64,000 nt of DNA from Sulfurimonas sp. SAG-AH-194-L11 (GCA_029215995.1 JAEMVB010000005.1:31393-95392); one strand, 5' to 3'; positions 10,042 to 21,712 are shown, numbered from the stretch's first letter. Numbers and translations: made by a program. Notes: generated by a model not told the origin, from the sequence alone.

Positions 10042-10068
10042 TTTAAGCGAGAAAATTAGTTAAAATTG

Positions 10069-11067
10069 TTACTTTAGTGCTGAAAAAGGAACTAAAGCAC
10101 TTCCCCAAGTTAGACCACCACCAAAGGCATCTAAGAGCATTAGTTCACCTCGCTGTAGTTTACCACTCTCATAGATATCGTTAATAGCCATTGGTATAGA
10201 AGCACCTGAAGTATTTCCGAACTTACCAACAGTTAAAACGACTTGATCTTCACGAAGCTTCAGTGCATCCCCAACTGCTTTAATAATACGGTAATTTGCT
10301 TGATGAGGAACAAAATGGACAATATCATCTGAAGCAATATTGTTATCTGACAAAATCTCTTTAACATCTTTTGTAAGAGTACGAACAGCAACCTTAAAGG
10401 TCTCGTTTCCTTTCATCTGCATAAAACAAGAGTTCGCTTCTTCACCTAGTGCATCATGAGCAGAACCACTTCCACCATTTGGTGTCATTAGTAGGTCAGC
10501 ATACTCACCATCTGCACCAGTATGCACATCGATAATAGCTTCACTTTTATCATCAGTTGCACAAATCATTGCAGCACCTGCACCATCACCAAAAAGGATA
10601 CAAGTTCCTCTATCTGTATAGTCTGTAATAGCTGAAAGCTTTTCTGCACCTATAATAAGTACATTTTTCTTCATGCCAGACTCTATAAAAGCTTTAGCAA
10701 TAGAGAGTATATAAACAAACCCTGTACAAGCTGCAGATATATCAAAAGCAGTAACATTTTTTAAACCAAGTTTTGTAGAAATTATAGTTGCAGTTGAAGG
10801 CATACAGAAGTAATCAGGGCTAATAGTAGCTGTAATTATCATATCTATATCTTCAGGTGCTACACCACTACGCTTTATCGCTTTTTGCGCTGCTTTTACA
10901 CCTAAGTCTGAAGTATACTCATTCTCTGCTGCTATATGTCTCTCTTTAATACCGGTACGTTTTGTGATCCATTCATCTGATGTATCAACCATAACAGAAA
11001 GTTCTTCATTAGTTAAAATTTTTTCTGGAACATATGCACCAATAGATCTAAATGCTGCATATGGCAT
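10069..11067 (-). CDS. fabH: 3-oxoacyl-ACP synthase III
   Basis: AACTGF, PHQAN, GNTS motifs. Confidence 0.97.
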   Translation of the reverse strand: MPYAAFRSIGAYVPEKILTNEELSVMVDTSDEWITKRTGIKERHIAAENEYTSDLGVKAAQKAIKRSGVAPEDIDMIITATISPDYFCMPSTATIISTKLGLKNVTAFDISAACTGFVYILSIAKAFIESGMKKNVLIIGAEKLSAITDYTDRGTCILFGDGAGAAMICATDDKSEAIIDVHTGADGEYADLLMTPNGGSGSAHDALGEEANSCFMQMKGNETFKVAVRTLTKDVKEILSDNNIASDDIVHFVPHQANYRIIKAVGDALKLREDQVVLTVGKFGNTSGASIPMAINDIYESGKLQRGELMLLDAFGGGLTWGSALVPFSALK

Positions 11068-11068
11068 A

Positions 11069-12067
11069 TTAAGACACCTTCTTTTTTACTTCGTTTAGTC
11101 TACTAATAATATGTTCATTCACACTTGTATCAACATAATTAATAGCTTGATAAATTGCATTTTCTATCGCTTTTGCATTACTTTTACCATGACTAACAAT
11201 AGCACAGCCCTTAATTCCAATAAGTGGTGCACCACCTATCTCGGCATAATCAATCTCTTTTTTTAGAAGTTTAAATACTTTTCTCATTAAAAGTGCCCCT
11301 GTAATAGCTACAGGCGACTTTCTAATATAGTCTTTAATAAGTTGACTAATTGTTGAGGCAACACCTTCACTCGTTTTTAATACTAAGTTTCCAATAAAAC
11401 CATCACATGTTATAACATCGCAAGAACCATTAAAGATATCTCCACCTTCAACATTGCCCTTAAACCCTCTATATCCTTGAAGAAGTTTAAATGCTGCTTT
11501 TGTTACTTCATTGCCTTTTGATGGCTCTTCACCATTTGCTAAAAGTCCAATACTTGGATTTTTAATTTTTAAAACATCTTCAGCATAACATCCACCCATT
11601 ACAGCAAATTGTGCTAAATGTTCTGGCTTAGAGTCAACATTTGCACCAACATCAAGAACTACTGAACGTCGTCCCATCTTTGTCGGCATAAGTGTAACTA
11701 GTGCTGGACGAGAGACACCTGCAAGGCGGCCTAAGCGTAATGTTGCTAAAGTCATTGTCGCTCCACTATGACCAGCTGATACTACACCATCAGCTTCACC
11801 GTTTCTTACTAGCTCTACAGCTTTATATATAGTACTCTCTTTACGCTTGACTGCATCGGTTGCTGCATCACTCATAGAAATTACATCGTCAGCTTCTACT
11901 ATAGAAATCTTATCTCTATAACGTTTTGGTAACAGAGGTAAAATTTCTGATTTTTTCCCTACAAGAATAGGAATGAATTTCTTTTTCTTTAGTGCGAGTA
12001 TACAACCTTTAATAATAGGCTCAGGACCAAAGTCCCCGCCCATTGCGTCAATAGCAATTGTTACCAT
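11069..12067 (-). CDS. plsX: Phosphate acyltransferase PlsX
   Basis: [30 protein letters not shown] motifs. Confidence 0.97.
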   Translation of the reverse strand: MVTIAIDAMGGDFGPEPIIKGCILALKKKKFIPILVGKKSEILPLLPKRYRDKISIVEADDVISMSDAATDAVKRKESTIYKAVELVRNGEADGVVSAGHSGATMTLATLRLGRLAGVSRPALVTLMPTKMGRRSVVLDVGANVDSKPEHLAQFAVMGGCYAEDVLKIKNPSIGLLANGEEPSKGNEVTKAAFKLLQGYRGFKGNVEGGDIFNGSCDVITCDGFIGNLVLKTSEGVASTISQLIKDYIRKSPVAITGALLMRKVFKLLKKEIDYAEIGGAPLIGIKGCAIVSHGKSNAKAIENAIYQAINYVDTSVNEHIISRLNEVKKKVS

Positions 12068-12070
12068 TAA

Positions 12071-12220
12071 CTATTTATACTCACCAGTAGTAGGGTTAAG
12101 GTGGTGTGGTAACTTATAAGTTCCATCTGCACATTTAACTGGTTTTGCTAATGTAATCTTGTAGTGAGTTCTTCTTTTCGCGCCACGTGAATGAGATACT
12201 CTTCGTTTAGGTACTGCCAT
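12071..12220 (-). CDS. rpmF: 50S ribosomal protein L32 (absent from ORF track)
   Basis: Manual translation [49 protein letters not shown]. Confidence 0.97.
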   Translation of the reverse strand: MAVPKRRVSHSRGAKRRTHYKITLAKPVKCADGTYKLPHHLNPTTGEYK

Positions 12221-12247
12221 ATCTTTGGTTCCTTTATGTTTTAAATT

Positions 12248-12607
12248 TTAGTTTGAATGTTTACATTCATCGCAACTATGATAGTCACTTCTGATAAGTT
12301 CAACTTCAGAGTGTAACAACTCTTCTATCTCTATCTCACCATCAAAAGACTCAATAACATCTAAATCGATATTATCTTTATCTTTATAGATACCATCTGA
12401 GATAAAAAATTCTATCTTTTCATCTAAGGGCATTTTGAATTCTTCTGCACAAAGATCACAATCTTTAAGAATTTCTCCTTGTAAGTTTGCTTTGAGCAGA
12501 ATTAATTTGCCACCATGATACTGCAAATAACCTTTAAAAGTTATTTCATTAGACTTAACATCAAAGTCTAATGGTGTTTTGGTAACACGTCTAAGTATAA
12601 CTTTCAT
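12248..12607 (-). CDS. YceD/DUF177-like protein
   Basis: CxxC motifs and canonical position upstream of rpmF. Confidence 0.8.
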   Translation of the reverse strand: MKVILRRVTKTPLDFDVKSNEITFKGYLQYHGGKLILLKANLQGEILKDCDLCAEEFKMPLDEKIEFFISDGIYKDKDNIDLDVIESFDGEIEIEELLHSEVELIRSDYHSCDECKHSN

Positions 12608-12616
12608 AAGTTAAAC

Positions 12617-13030
12617 TTAAGAAATTTCTCTTTCTGAAAAGAAAAATGCAATTTCAACTGCTGCATTTTCAACAGAATCACTTCCGTGAACTGCATTTGC
12701 ATCAATATTTTCAGCGAAGTCTGCACGGATAGTACCAGCTTCTGCTTCTTTAGGATTAGTTGCACCCATTAGATCACGGTTAATTTGCATTGCATTTTCA
12801 CCCTCTAAAACTGTAACAACAACTGGACCAGAAATCATAAAGTCAACTAAGTCTCCGAAAAATGGACGTTCTGCATGAACTGCATAAAATGCTTCTGCAT
12901 CACCACGAGATAGTTGCATTTTTCTTGTAGCAGCTATTTTAAGACCATTGCTCTCAAATCTGTCTAAAATCTTGCCTATAACACCTTTTGCAACTGCATC
13001 TGGTTTAATTATTGATAGTGTACGTTCCAT
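12617..13030 (-). CDS. ndk: Nucleoside diphosphate kinase
   Basis: [20 protein letters not shown]. Confidence 0.97.
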   Translation of the reverse strand: MERTLSIIKPDAVAKGVIGKILDRFESNGLKIAATRKMQLSRGDAEAFYAVHAERPFFGDLVDFMISGPVVVTVLEGENAMQINRDLMGATNPKEAEAGTIRADFAENIDANAVHGSDSVENAAVEIAFFFSEREIS

Positions 13031-13150
13031 CAAATCTCCTCTGAAAATATAAAATTAGAGTGGGATTATATCTAAAAAAAGATTGTTTCTAGTTTAAAAA
13101 ATGAATTTTGTGAATTTAAAAGTAAAATGAAGCTATCTTACTTGTAGAAA

Positions 13151-13170
13151 TGAAGCACCTAAGTGCTTCA
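13151..13170 (-). terminator. Hairpin downstream of ferredoxin gene
   Basis: TGAAGCAC-CTAA-GTGCTTCA perfect 8-bp stem. Confidence 0.6.
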
Positions 13171-13180
13171 TGATAGATAA

Positions 13181-13465
13181 TTAGTCTACTATATTTTCGT
13201 GATTTGAACGTTGCTCTTCTGTAATATCATCTCTGTGAGCTGGACTATCACCAATAGCATCCCAAGTAATACAACCCTCAGTTGGACATGCAGTAGCACA
13301 TGCTGGTTCATCATGATGACCTACACACTCTACACATTTGTCACCGTAAACGTAATATATATCCTCTTCTTCTGGATTATCATCCTCGTCTACAATTGCT
13401 TCTACTGGACATTCATCTATACATGCACCACAGTTGATACATGTGTCGTTAATTATTACTGACAT
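13181..13465 (-). CDS. 2[4Fe-4S] ferredoxin (YfhL-like)
   Basis: CINCGACIDECP and CVEC...PACATACP. Confidence 0.92.
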   Translation of the reverse strand: MSVIINDTCINCGACIDECPVEAIVDEDDNPEEEDIYYVYGDKCVECVGHHDEPACATACPTEGCITWDAIGDSPAHRDDITEEQRSNHENIVD

Positions 13466-13588
13466 TATTTTCTCCTATAATTTTGAATTAGGGTACTATA
13501 CCCTCTATACTTTTAAAAACAGCTAAAAAATTTTGAATAATACAAAAATTTATTAGTAGTGTTTACTTTTTATCAGAGTACTTAAGGC

Positions 13589-14746
13589 TTATAGCCCTAA
13601 ATACTTCTTAATTTCCTCAGCTCTATCTGTAACTTCCCAAGTAAAACCTTCTTCCTCACGGCCAAAGTGACCATAAGCAGCAGTTCTTCTATATATTGGT
13701 TTTAGCAAGTCTAATGACTCAATAATACCTGCAGGGCTTAAATCAAAAAGCTCTTTAATGCAAGCTTCTATCTTCTCTTCGTCCACTTTACCAGTTCCAT
13801 GAGTATCTACCATAATAGATACAGGCTGAACTACACCAATAGCATATGCTACTTGTATAGTTGCCTTGTCACAGGCACCTGAAGCTACAAGATTTTTGGC
13901 AACATGACGAGCAGCATATGCCGCAGAACGATCGACTTTAGTAGGATCTTTTCCACTAAATGCACCACCACCATGAGGACATGAACCACCATAGGTATCA
14001 ACAATAATCTTACGGCCAGTAAGACCGGCATCACCTTGTGGTCCACCAATTACAAACTTTCCAGTAGGATTAATATGAAAGATAGTTTTATCATCCATCA
14101 TATCTGCAGGAATAACCTCACGAATAACCTCAGCAATCATATCTTTACGAATTTGCTCTTGGCTAATTCCATCATGATGTTGTGTAGAGATAACAACAGT
14201 CTCAACTGCTACTGGTTTATCATCTACATATCTAACACTAATTTGTGCTTTTCCATCAGGACGAAGGTAGGGAACAATTCCCTCTTTACGAACCAATGCT
14301 AATCTTTGTGTTAAACGGTGAGCCAAATGAATAGGTAAAGGCATCAATACATCTGTCTCGCGACAAGCGTATCCAAACATTAAACCTTGATCACCTGCAC
14401 CTATGGCACCATCTGCTTGATCAACACCTTGGTTGATATCAGGAGATTGCTCACCTATACCGTTTAATACTGCTGCAGCTCTATAGTCAAAACCATAGTT
14501 AGCATCTGTATAGCCAATTTCTTGAATAACTTTTCTAGCAATCTCTTGCATAGGGGCATAAGCCGTAGTCTTCAATTCGCCTGCAATTACACAAAAACCA
14601 TTTGAAACTAAAGTTTCACAAGCAACACGTGCTTTTGGGTCTTTTTCAATAATATAATCCAAAATTGCATCACTGATTTGATCTGCCATCTTATCAGGGT
14701 GCCCTTCTGTTACAGACTCAGAAGTAAATATATACTCTTTTGTCAT
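13589..14746 (-). CDS. metK: S-adenosylmethionine synthetase
   Basis: [26 protein letters not shown]. Confidence 0.98.
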   Translation of the reverse strand: MTKEYIFTSESVTEGHPDKMADQISDAILDYIIEKDPKARVACETLVSNGFCVIAGELKTTAYAPMQEIARKVIQEIGYTDANYGFDYRAAAVLNGIGEQSPDINQGVDQADGAIGAGDQGLMFGYACRETDVLMPLPIHLAHRLTQRLALVRKEGIVPYLRPDGKAQISVRYVDDKPVAVETVVISTQHHDGISQEQIRKDMIAEVIREVIPADMMDDKTIFHINPTGKFVIGGPQGDAGLTGRKIIVDTYGGSCPHGGGAFSGKDPTKVDRSAAYAARHVAKNLVASGACDKATIQVAYAIGVVQPVSIMVDTHGTGKVDEEKIEACIKELFDLSPAGIIESLDLLKPIYRRTAAYGHFGREEEGFTWEVTDRAEEIKKYLGL

Positions 14747-14838
14747 CGATTTTCCTTATTGACGTATAGCCTCTAGGACTATAAATCGTCGCAAGTATAT
14801 CTAAAACTTTTGCTATAATACTTTAGACTTATACACAT

Positions 14839-15513
14839 ATGGAAAATGACTTGAATATATTAATAGTAGAAGATAATGAACTTACGGCTAAACAACTATA
14901 TAAACTACTACAAAGTGAAAAATACATCTGTGATATTGCTAATGGCTACCTCTCAGCACAAAAAATTTTAGATACAAATAAGTATTCACTCATTTTACTT
15001 GATTGGAATCTGGGTGACGGTGATGGACTTGAACTTTTAAAAACACTTCGTGCACAAGAGCTTACAACACCAGTTTTAATGCTTTCAGCAAATTCAGAGA
15101 TTAACGATAAAGTATCTGTTTTAGATAGTGGTGCTGATGACTATCTCTGTAAACCCTACTCTTCAGTTGAGCTTCTTGCAAGAATTAGAGCCCTGCTTCG
15201 TAGAGAATCATCTGAAAAAAATTCATTAATTAACATTCAAAATGTTACACTTGACACCATAGCACGAGATGTATACATAAATGATATAGCGATAAAGCTA
15301 ACAACAGCTGAATTTGATTTACTTGAACTTTTTATGCAACACCCTAATCAGGTTATCACTCGATACCAGCTTAGTGAACATATAAATAAGAACAACTACT
15401 CTATCAAGCATAGTAATTTAGTCGATGTTCATATTAAAAACTTACGTAAAAAGCTTAATAATAAAGACTTTATTATTAATGTACGAGGTGTTGGTTATAA
15501 GGTTATTAAATAG
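14839..15513 (+). CDS. OmpR/PhoB-family response regulator
   Basis: REC (ED, LD, GADDY.CKP) plus winged helix (VDVHIKNLRKK, VRGVGY); TGCTATAAT at 14811-14819. Confidence 0.93.
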   Translation: MENDLNILIVEDNELTAKQLYKLLQSEKYICDIANGYLSAQKILDTNKYSLILLDWNLGDGDGLELLKTLRAQELTTPVLMLSANSEINDKVSVLDSGADDYLCKPYSSVELLARIRALLRRESSEKNSLINIQNVTLDTIARDVYINDIAIKLTTAEFDLLELFMQHPNQVITRYQLSEHINKNNYSIKHSNLVDVHIKNLRKKLNNKDFIINVRGVGYKVIK

Positions 15514-15518
15514 GGAAA

Positions 15519-17552
15519 TTAGATAGAGTTGAGAGTAAAAAGTATTTCACTCCCTTTTCCTAAACCTTGACTATCTATGCTTATCTCCCCGCCTAAAATA
15601 TGAGCCATTTTCCTACTCAAAGATAGCCCCAATCCTGTCCCTTTATGTTTCTTTTGCATCACACCTTCCACCTGAGTGAAGTCTGTAAAAAGCCTCTCAA
15701 TATCCTCTTTTCTTATACCGATACCACTATCTTTTACCTTTACATAAACTCTATTTTGCTCACTGTATAATTCTAAACTTACAAAACCTTTTTGTGTAAA
15801 CTTGATTGCATTTGAGAGCATGTTTGTGACTATCTGTTGAAACATTTTTGGATCTGTTTGAAAATTTGTATATTTATAGTTTTGTATACTAAGTTTAAAA
15901 TCTAAACCCTTATCATCACTAAGTGGTTTTAGCATATGATAGGTATTGTTGATTACCTCTATAAGGTCTACATTTTCAATATGTGCTTCCATCTTTCCTG
16001 CTTCTATTTTAGCAATGTCTAAAATTTCATTAATCATGGTTAAGAGGTAATGTGCTGCAGTCTCTATATTTGAAACTGTATCTTGCTGATCATCTGTCAG
16101 TTCTTCGTAAGTAATAAGAAATTGAGAAAATCCTATGATAGCATTTAGTGGTGTTCGTAGTTCATGCGACATATTTGAGATAAAAGCAGACTTTGCTTTT
16201 GATACTGACATCGTTTTATCAATCAAACGAATTTTTTCTATTTGCAGGGTAATCATTGCTGAGATAGAGTTGTAAAAATCATGCTCATACTTATCTTTAA
16301 AACTATCCTCGCCTAAAGATATAGAACCTATATGCACCTTCTTATCTACTTCATAATCTTGTACATATAGTTGTGTCTCATTTGGGTTCACCCTTACAGT
16401 AGGCTCTATAAAATACAAATCATCTTTATTAGTAAGCTTTTTTATCTCACTAATTGCAATTGATATACACTCCTCTTCATCTTTTGTTTGAATAATAGTA
16501 TTAAAAACTTCTATAAGCTGGGTAAAGCGTTTAAGTCGTAACTTACTCTCCTCTTCTAGTTCTGCTAAAGCCTCTGCTGTTGTACGGATCATAGCATTAA
16601 AAGAGTCTGTTAAGATTCCGACCTCATCTTGAGAACTCAGGGGTAAAACAGTAGTGTAGTCTCTAGTTTTTGTGATAGTATTAGTTGCTTGGGTTAAGAG
16701 TTCGATTGGTCTTACTATACCTTTTGAATACCTCCATGCTATGAAAATAATCAAAAAGAAAATCATAGTAGCACTATAAATCATAAGACGAATAAAGTCA
16801 TAAAGCGATGCTAAAGCGATACTCTTATCAACTGCATACACATAGTAAAAATTTTCCAACATTGGGGAAAGTTCTTTATATACCATTACATGCTCTTTGT
16901 TTATATAACTTGCTTCATTCTTTTCAAAAGAGAGGGAAAAATTCATATTCTGTCCTACTTGAATGTTTAAGTAGGGATTAGTGATATAAGAGTGCATACC
17001 TGATGCAAAATTTAAAAAGTTGTTTAAGTTTTCTATATTATATACTAAAATAAGAGTGCCTATAACTTTAGAGTCATCAAAAGATGCATATATTTTTGCA
17101 TAATAATATATTTTATCTTTTTCTATATAGCTTCCATTGATTTGAGAAAATAGATGTTTAGTATGTTTATGTTGCAATAAATTTTTATCACTAGAGGCTA
17201 AAATATTTCCATCTGTATCTATAGCAAAAAGAGTAATATTAAGTTCTAAGTCTTTCGCCTTTTTTTCCAAAAGTCTTGTGATACGCTTATCAATATCTTC
17301 AGCAATTAAGTCATCCATTACATCCAGTGAGCTCAAGAAAAGAACCTCCTTTTGTAGTGCTTGTAAAGATATGGTAATTCGTTTAACAGTCATTTTAGCA
17401 CTATCTAACTGTTCTACTACTAGTCTATCTACCATCTTTGCTTCACTTAAAAATATCGTATATATAAGAAGTAAAACAAAAGGGAAAAGTCCTACTACAA
17501 AAAAAGCAAGGAGTAGTTTATTTCGTAAAGATTTTGTAAAAAAATCAATCAT
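15519..17552 (-). CDS. Membrane sensor histidine kinase (periplasmic domain, HAMP, HisKA, HATPase)
   Basis: Two TMs, HAMP, SHELRTPLNA, DSGIG, GTGLGL. Confidence 0.92.
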   Translation of the reverse strand: MIDFFTKSLRNKLLLAFFVVGLFPFVLLLIYTIFLSEAKMVDRLVVEQLDSAKMTVKRITISLQALQKEVLFLSSLDVMDDLIAEDIDKRITRLLEKKAKDLELNITLFAIDTDGNILASSDKNLLQHKHTKHLFSQINGSYIEKDKIYYYAKIYASFDDSKVIGTLILVYNIENLNNFLNFASGMHSYITNPYLNIQVGQNMNFSLSFEKNEASYINKEHVMVYKELSPMLENFYYVYAVDKSIALASLYDFIRLMIYSATMIFFLIIFIAWRYSKGIVRPIELLTQATNTITKTRDYTTVLPLSSQDEVGILTDSFNAMIRTTAEALAELEEESKLRLKRFTQLIEVFNTIIQTKDEEECISIAISEIKKLTNKDDLYFIEPTVRVNPNETQLYVQDYEVDKKVHIGSISLGEDSFKDKYEHDFYNSISAMITLQIEKIRLIDKTMSVSKAKSAFISNMSHELRTPLNAIIGFSQFLITYEELTDDQQDTVSNIETAAHYLLTMINEILDIAKIEAGKMEAHIENVDLIEVINNTYHMLKPLSDDKGLDFKLSIQNYKYTNFQTDPKMFQQIVTNMLSNAIKFTQKGFVSLELYSEQNRVYVKVKDSGIGIRKEDIERLFTDFTQVEGVMQKKHKGTGLGLSLSRKMAHILGGEISIDSQGLGKGSEILFTLNSI

Positions 17553-18519
17553 CACATAGGCTTTGGCGTATCTCTAACATTTTTTGAAGATTTTGAAAAA
17601 AGATATCAACAACTTCTGGATTAAAATGAGTAGCACTACCAGCTTTGATAATTTCAAGAGTTTTTTCTAAAGGGAATGCTTTTTTATAAGGTCGCTCACT
17701 CAACAGAGCATCAAAAACATCTACAACTGCTACAATCGCCCCACTTAAAGGAATTTCTTGCTCTTTTAATCCTTTTGGATAACCACTTCCGTCAAACTTT
17801 TCATGATGTGTTAATGCTATTTCAGCAGCAAGAGCTAGAAGAGGTGTTTTCTTTTGTGATAAGATAGAATGGCCTATCTCAGCATGTGTTTTCATAACAC
17901 TAAACTCCTCATCTGTTAATTTTCCTGCTTTGAGTAAAATATTATCAGCTATACCAACTTTTCCCATATCATGCATAGGGGCAGCTAGACGCATTAGCTC
18001 TGTATCAGTAGAATCCCATCCAAATATTTCTACGATTGCTGCTGCCATCTCACCTACACGCTGAGTATGCATAGATGTTTCATTATCTCTATACTCAGCA
18101 GTTTTAGAAAGTATGTAAACAATATCTTTCTCATTTTTATTGTTTTGAAGTTCTCCCATTTTAATAGCATTTTTTACACGCAATACAAACTCAATAATAT
18201 CAAATGGTTTTGAAATATACTCATTCGCACCAAGCTTAAGCCCTTTTGTTATAGCTTCTCTATCTGAAAGTGCTGATATAATAATAAGTGGAATAGAAGC
18301 AGTTTTTTCATCATTTTTTATAATCTTTGTTGCCTCATATCCATCCATAACTGGCATCATGAGATCCATAAGTATAAGATCTATCTCCTCAAGCTTGAGG
18401 ATATCAAGTGCCTCTAGGCCATTACATGCTTCCACAACTTCAAAACCCTCTTTTTTTAAAATTTTAGAGGCTACTTTTCTGTTCATAAGCTCATCATCAC
18501 AGAGTAATACTTTTGACAT
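17545..18519 (-). CDS. REC-HD-GYP c-di-GMP phosphodiesterase (RpfG-like)
   Basis: N-terminal REC, HDMGK, HHEKFDGSGYP. Confidence 0.92.
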   Translation of the reverse strand: MSKVLLCDDELMNRKVASKILKKEGFEVVEACNGLEALDILKLEEIDLILMDLMMPVMDGYEATKIIKNDEKTASIPLIIISALSDREAITKGLKLGANEYISKPFDIIEFVLRVKNAIKMGELQNNKNEKDIVYILSKTAEYRDNETSMHTQRVGEMAAAIVEIFGWDSTDTELMRLAAPMHDMGKVGIADNILLKAGKLTDEEFSVMKTHAEIGHSILSQKKTPLLALAAEIALTHHEKFDGSGYPKGLKEQEIPLSGAIVAVVDVFDALLSERPYKKAFPLEKTLEIIKAGSATHFNPEVVDIFFQNLQKMLEIRQSLCDD

Positions 18520-18917
18520 TAATCTACCCACCTATACAAGATTTTTAACTCATCATCCACTTTTTTGAGTTCAACATACCCTATAGCACCATCAACTTTT
18601 TTTATAAAAGCTATGATACTCTCTTGTGACTTTAGAGTAATCGGTGGACGGTGTCCTAAATAATGCTGTTTTATCCAGTACTCTTTTAAGTGTCGAAAAT
18701 TCATTTTTAATACTTTTTTCTCAAAACTCATACGCAGACTCTCTTGAGCACTTAAGTTCAGAACTACTACTTTTTTATCTCCAATATAAGAGGTCTTTTT
18801 TAAAAATAGTGCCCTTATTTGATTAGCTGAGACTTTTTGCATACCCTTTTTAGCTACAACCGCATACTCTTGTGCTGAGAGACTCATGAAGATACAGAAA
18901 AAAAGAAATATTTTCAT
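18519..18917 (-). CDS. Small secreted PstS/PBP-like ligand-binding protein
   Basis: Signal peptide; I..LFL.K, R..F...VL, W, GAIGY pattern typical of small binding proteins encoded beside porins and sensors. Confidence 0.7.
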   Translation of the reverse strand: MKIFLFFCIFMSLSAQEYAVVAKKGMQKVSANQIRALFLKKTSYIGDKKVVVLNLSAQESLRMSFEKKVLKMNFRHLKEYWIKQHYLGHRPPITLKSQESIIAFIKKVDGAIGYVELKKVDDELKILYRWVD

Positions 18918-19924
18918 TAGAAGAGTACCGACCATGAAAAAAGAAATTTATTCGCACTCTTCATTGAATGGACCTGATAGGACACTTTCCATGCTACAGG
19001 ATACAGAGGTCGATATGTCCATGCAAAAATAGCAAAACTATCTTCTAACCTTGTCATTCTATCTTCATAACTCTCAAGCCTAATAATAGCTGCATGTTTA
19101 GGTGTTATGTTATATAGACCTTGAATATATCCTGCATAAGGAGTTATAAATCTTTCATCAGATTTTTGTGTGCCGACTTCTGCCATGATTTTATAATCTT
19201 GTGTTTCATACTGGAGTGAAGCTAAAAAATAATAGAGTTCTTGGAGAGTATTATTAACAATATAGTTATCAAAGACTCCAACATTAAGCTTTAATTCTAA
19301 AAAATCCTGAGAATAAGTAAGTCCTAAAGCATAATGTTTATCAATTGTGTAGTTATTGTAGTTTGCATCTAAGTCATCATTGTTTTGAAGTGTCAAGTCA
19401 AACTTTAACTCACCACTATCATAGGATGTATATGCTCCATACACACCTGTAGTAAAACGAGGAAATATAATCTCTGTTGAGAGAGGATTTGAGCTTGTAT
19501 CTCGGAGTACATTTATTGGAAGAAGATTCCAAAAACCTACTTGAGAGTTAAATTTTCCAAGTTTAAGCATATAGTTTTCATTATAGTTATAGTCGACAAA
19601 GAGTCTCTCTATATGCAAATGAGTATCTTGCTCTACCATAGTGCTATTACTATCTTGTGTGTATGTATAAAATTCTTTATATTCAAGTTCTGTAAGGTAG
19701 GAAAATTTACTATAGCTACCATAAGCTAAAAGGGCAATATCATCTAGACGGTATCTCTTTTCATCATTTTGCTGTTGATAATCCAGTGAAAAGTACCCTC
19801 CAAGGTACAGAGGAAGAGACCCTATTTTTACCCCTTCACCTAACTCGTATGAGCTCTCTTCTTGTAGTAAATCATCTGCATGCATAAATGAAAACAGGAG
19901 AAAGAACAGAACAATCAATTTCAT
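18917..19924 (-). CDS. Porin-like outer membrane beta-barrel
   Basis: Signal peptide, alternating aromatic strands, ERLFVDY...LKLGKF...GFWN, C-terminal SVLF. Confidence 0.75.
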   Translation of the reverse strand: MKLIVLFFLLFSFMHADDLLQEESSYELGEGVKIGSLPLYLGGYFSLDYQQQNDEKRYRLDDIALLAYGSYSKFSYLTELEYKEFYTYTQDSNSTMVEQDTHLHIERLFVDYNYNENYMLKLGKFNSQVGFWNLLPINVLRDTSSNPLSTEIIFPRFTTGVYGAYTSYDSGELKFDLTLQNNDDLDANYNNYTIDKHYALGLTYSQDFLELKLNVGVFDNYIVNNTLQELYYFLASLQYETQDYKIMAEVGTQKSDERFITPYAGYIQGLYNITPKHAAIIRLESYEDRMTRLEDSFAIFAWTYRPLYPVAWKVSYQVHSMKSANKFLFSWSVLF

Positions 19925-19946
19925 AAAACCCCTTTTTATCTATATA

Positions 19947-19955
19947 ATTGTAGCA
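19947..19955 (-). promoter_or_regulatory. Internal extended -10 promoter for the porin-PBP-HD-GYP-kinase cassette
   Basis: TGCTACAAT on minus strand 22 nt upstream of the porin ATG, with an AAGGGG SD between. Confidence 0.55.
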
Positions 19956-19963
19956 CATTGAGT

Positions 19964-21712
19964 TTATAACTTACTGAGAAACTCCTTAGGAGTTTTGTAT
20001 CCGATGATTGTTCTACTTTTTTCTACTGCTCCTGACTCATTTATAAATATAATTGCAGGTGGTCCAAATACACCATAGGCTTTTGAGAGCTCTTTTTGTG
20101 CTTGAGAGTTTTCTGTTACATCTGCACGTAAGAGTACATACTCTTTGAGCTTCTTTTGTACTGCTCTGTCTTTAAAAGTGATTTCATCTAACTCTTTACA
20201 TGAAGTACACCACTTTGCAGCAAAATCCAGCATAATTTTTTTGCCCTTGTTTTTAGCAAGCTCCGCATTAAGCTCTTCTAATGATTTTACAACAATAAAA
20301 GAGAGCTCTTTAGAGTCTGCTATTTGTGTTGTACTCTTTTGTGTAAACTTTTCAAAAGGTTCAAAGATATTTGTACTACCACTTAAGAGACCAATAAAAA
20401 GAGAAAGACCTATAGTTAAAAGTACCACACCTATACCTTTGATAAGTGCATTCCAAGAGCGTTTCTCACCGAGTGGTTCAAGTGCATTGAGGTAGATAGC
20501 TGAAATGCTAAAAAGTAGTGCCCAAAGAAACATCGTTACAGAAGCTGGCGCAATTTTTTCTAGCATCCAGATAGCAATTGCTAGCATTACAACTCCAAAA
20601 ACTTTAGAGACACTATTCATCCAGCCTCCAGGTCTAGGCATAAACTTTCCAGCACCAGCACCTATGAGTAAAAGAGGCATTCCCATACCAAGACTCATAA
20701 CAAAGAGTGCAAGACCTCCAAACACAGCATCACCAGTTTGACCTATGTAGACTAATGTTCCAGCAAGTGGAGGTGCAACACATGGTCCTACTATAAGTGC
20801 TGAGAGAAAACCCATAATTGCAATTCCTAGAAGTCCCCCTTTATTTGAAGCCTTGTCTGAAACATTCGAGATTCTACTCTGTATAGAAGAGGGTAAACCA
20901 ATCTCAAAAAATCCGAACATAGAAAAGGCAAGTCCCACAAATACTGTAGCAAAAGATATAACTACATAAGGATTTTGCATCGCTGCTTGCAGGTTTCCAC
21001 CAAATAATCCGGCTAAAACACCAGCAAGAGTATAGGCAAACGCCATCGATAGAACATACACAAGTGAAAGGAAAAAGCCTTTCTTTGCACTCATTCCCTC
21101 ACCCTGAGAGACTATGATAGAAGAGAGTATAGGTATCATAGGAAAAATACATGGTGTCATCGATAACAGTAAGCCAAAACCAAAAAAAGTCAACAGAACT
21201 ATAAAAGTACTCTCGTTTTTAAAAGTATCTGTTATGGTATCTGTCTCATTTTTTTCTAACTCTTGAGACTCTACTGCAACTTTTTTTATTTTCTCATTCT
21301 CTAGTTTACTTGTATTTATACTAAATTCATAAACTTTGTCTTGTGGCTCATAACATAAGCCATCAGAAGAGCAACCTTGAAAAGAGAACTTGAGGCGAGT
21401 TGCTTCAAGTTCTTTAGCACTACTACTCTTTTGAAGAATAACTTTAAGAAGAAGAGTTTTCTCGTAAACATCACTGCCATCATGTTTAAGCGATTGAGGA
21501 TAGAGTATCTCTTTTATACTCACACCCTCACCCTCTAAGGTAACAGATATTTTGTCCTTGTATAGATAGATATTTTCACCTAAATTTACACTTAGATGTA
21601 TCTCTTTTTGTTTAAGTTGTGCTGATGGTTGAAATGCCTCTTGGGGCATTAGGAACTCTGATGCTTTGAGTAGTGAAAGCAGCATAATAGTAAGTAAAAA
21701 AATATGTTTCAT
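19964..21712 (-). CDS. dsbD: Thiol:disulfide interchange protein DsbD
   Basis: N-domain QGC....LCY, TM TPCIFP and GPCVAP, C-terminal thioredoxin WCTSC. Confidence 0.95.
   Translation of the reverse strand: MKHIFLLTIMLLSLLKASEFLMPQEAFQPSAQLKQKEIHLSVNLGENIYLYKDKISVTLEGEGVSIKEILYPQSLKHDGSDVYEKTLLLKVILQKSSSAKELEATRLKFSFQGCSSDGLCYEPQDKVYEFSINTSKLENEKIKKVAVESQELEKNETDTITDTFKNESTFIVLLTFFGFGLLLSMTPCIFPMIPILSSIIVSQGEGMSAKKGFFLSLVYVLSMAFAYTLAGVLAGLFGGNLQAAMQNPYVVISFATVFVGLAFSMFGFFEIGLPSSIQSRISNVSDKASNKGGLLGIAIMGFLSALIVGPCVAPPLAGTLVYIGQTGDAVFGGLALFVMSLGMGMPLLLIGAGAGKFMPRPGGWMNSVSKVFGVVMLAIAIWMLEKIAPASVTMFLWALLFSISAIYLNALEPLGEKRSWNALIKGIGVVLLTIGLSLFIGLLSGSTNIFEPFEKFTQKSTTQIADSKELSFIVVKSLEELNAELAKNKGKKIMLDFAAKWCTSCKELDEITFKDRAVQKKLKEYVLLRADVTENSQAQKELSKAYGVFGPPAIIFINESGAVEKSRTIIGYKTPKEFLSKL

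Noticed and set aside
14761-14790. Hairpin upstream of metK as a SAM riboswitch
   Set aside because: Leader is too short, the likely -10 (14794-14799) puts the TSS inside the stem, and no SAM riboswitch consensus is recognisable
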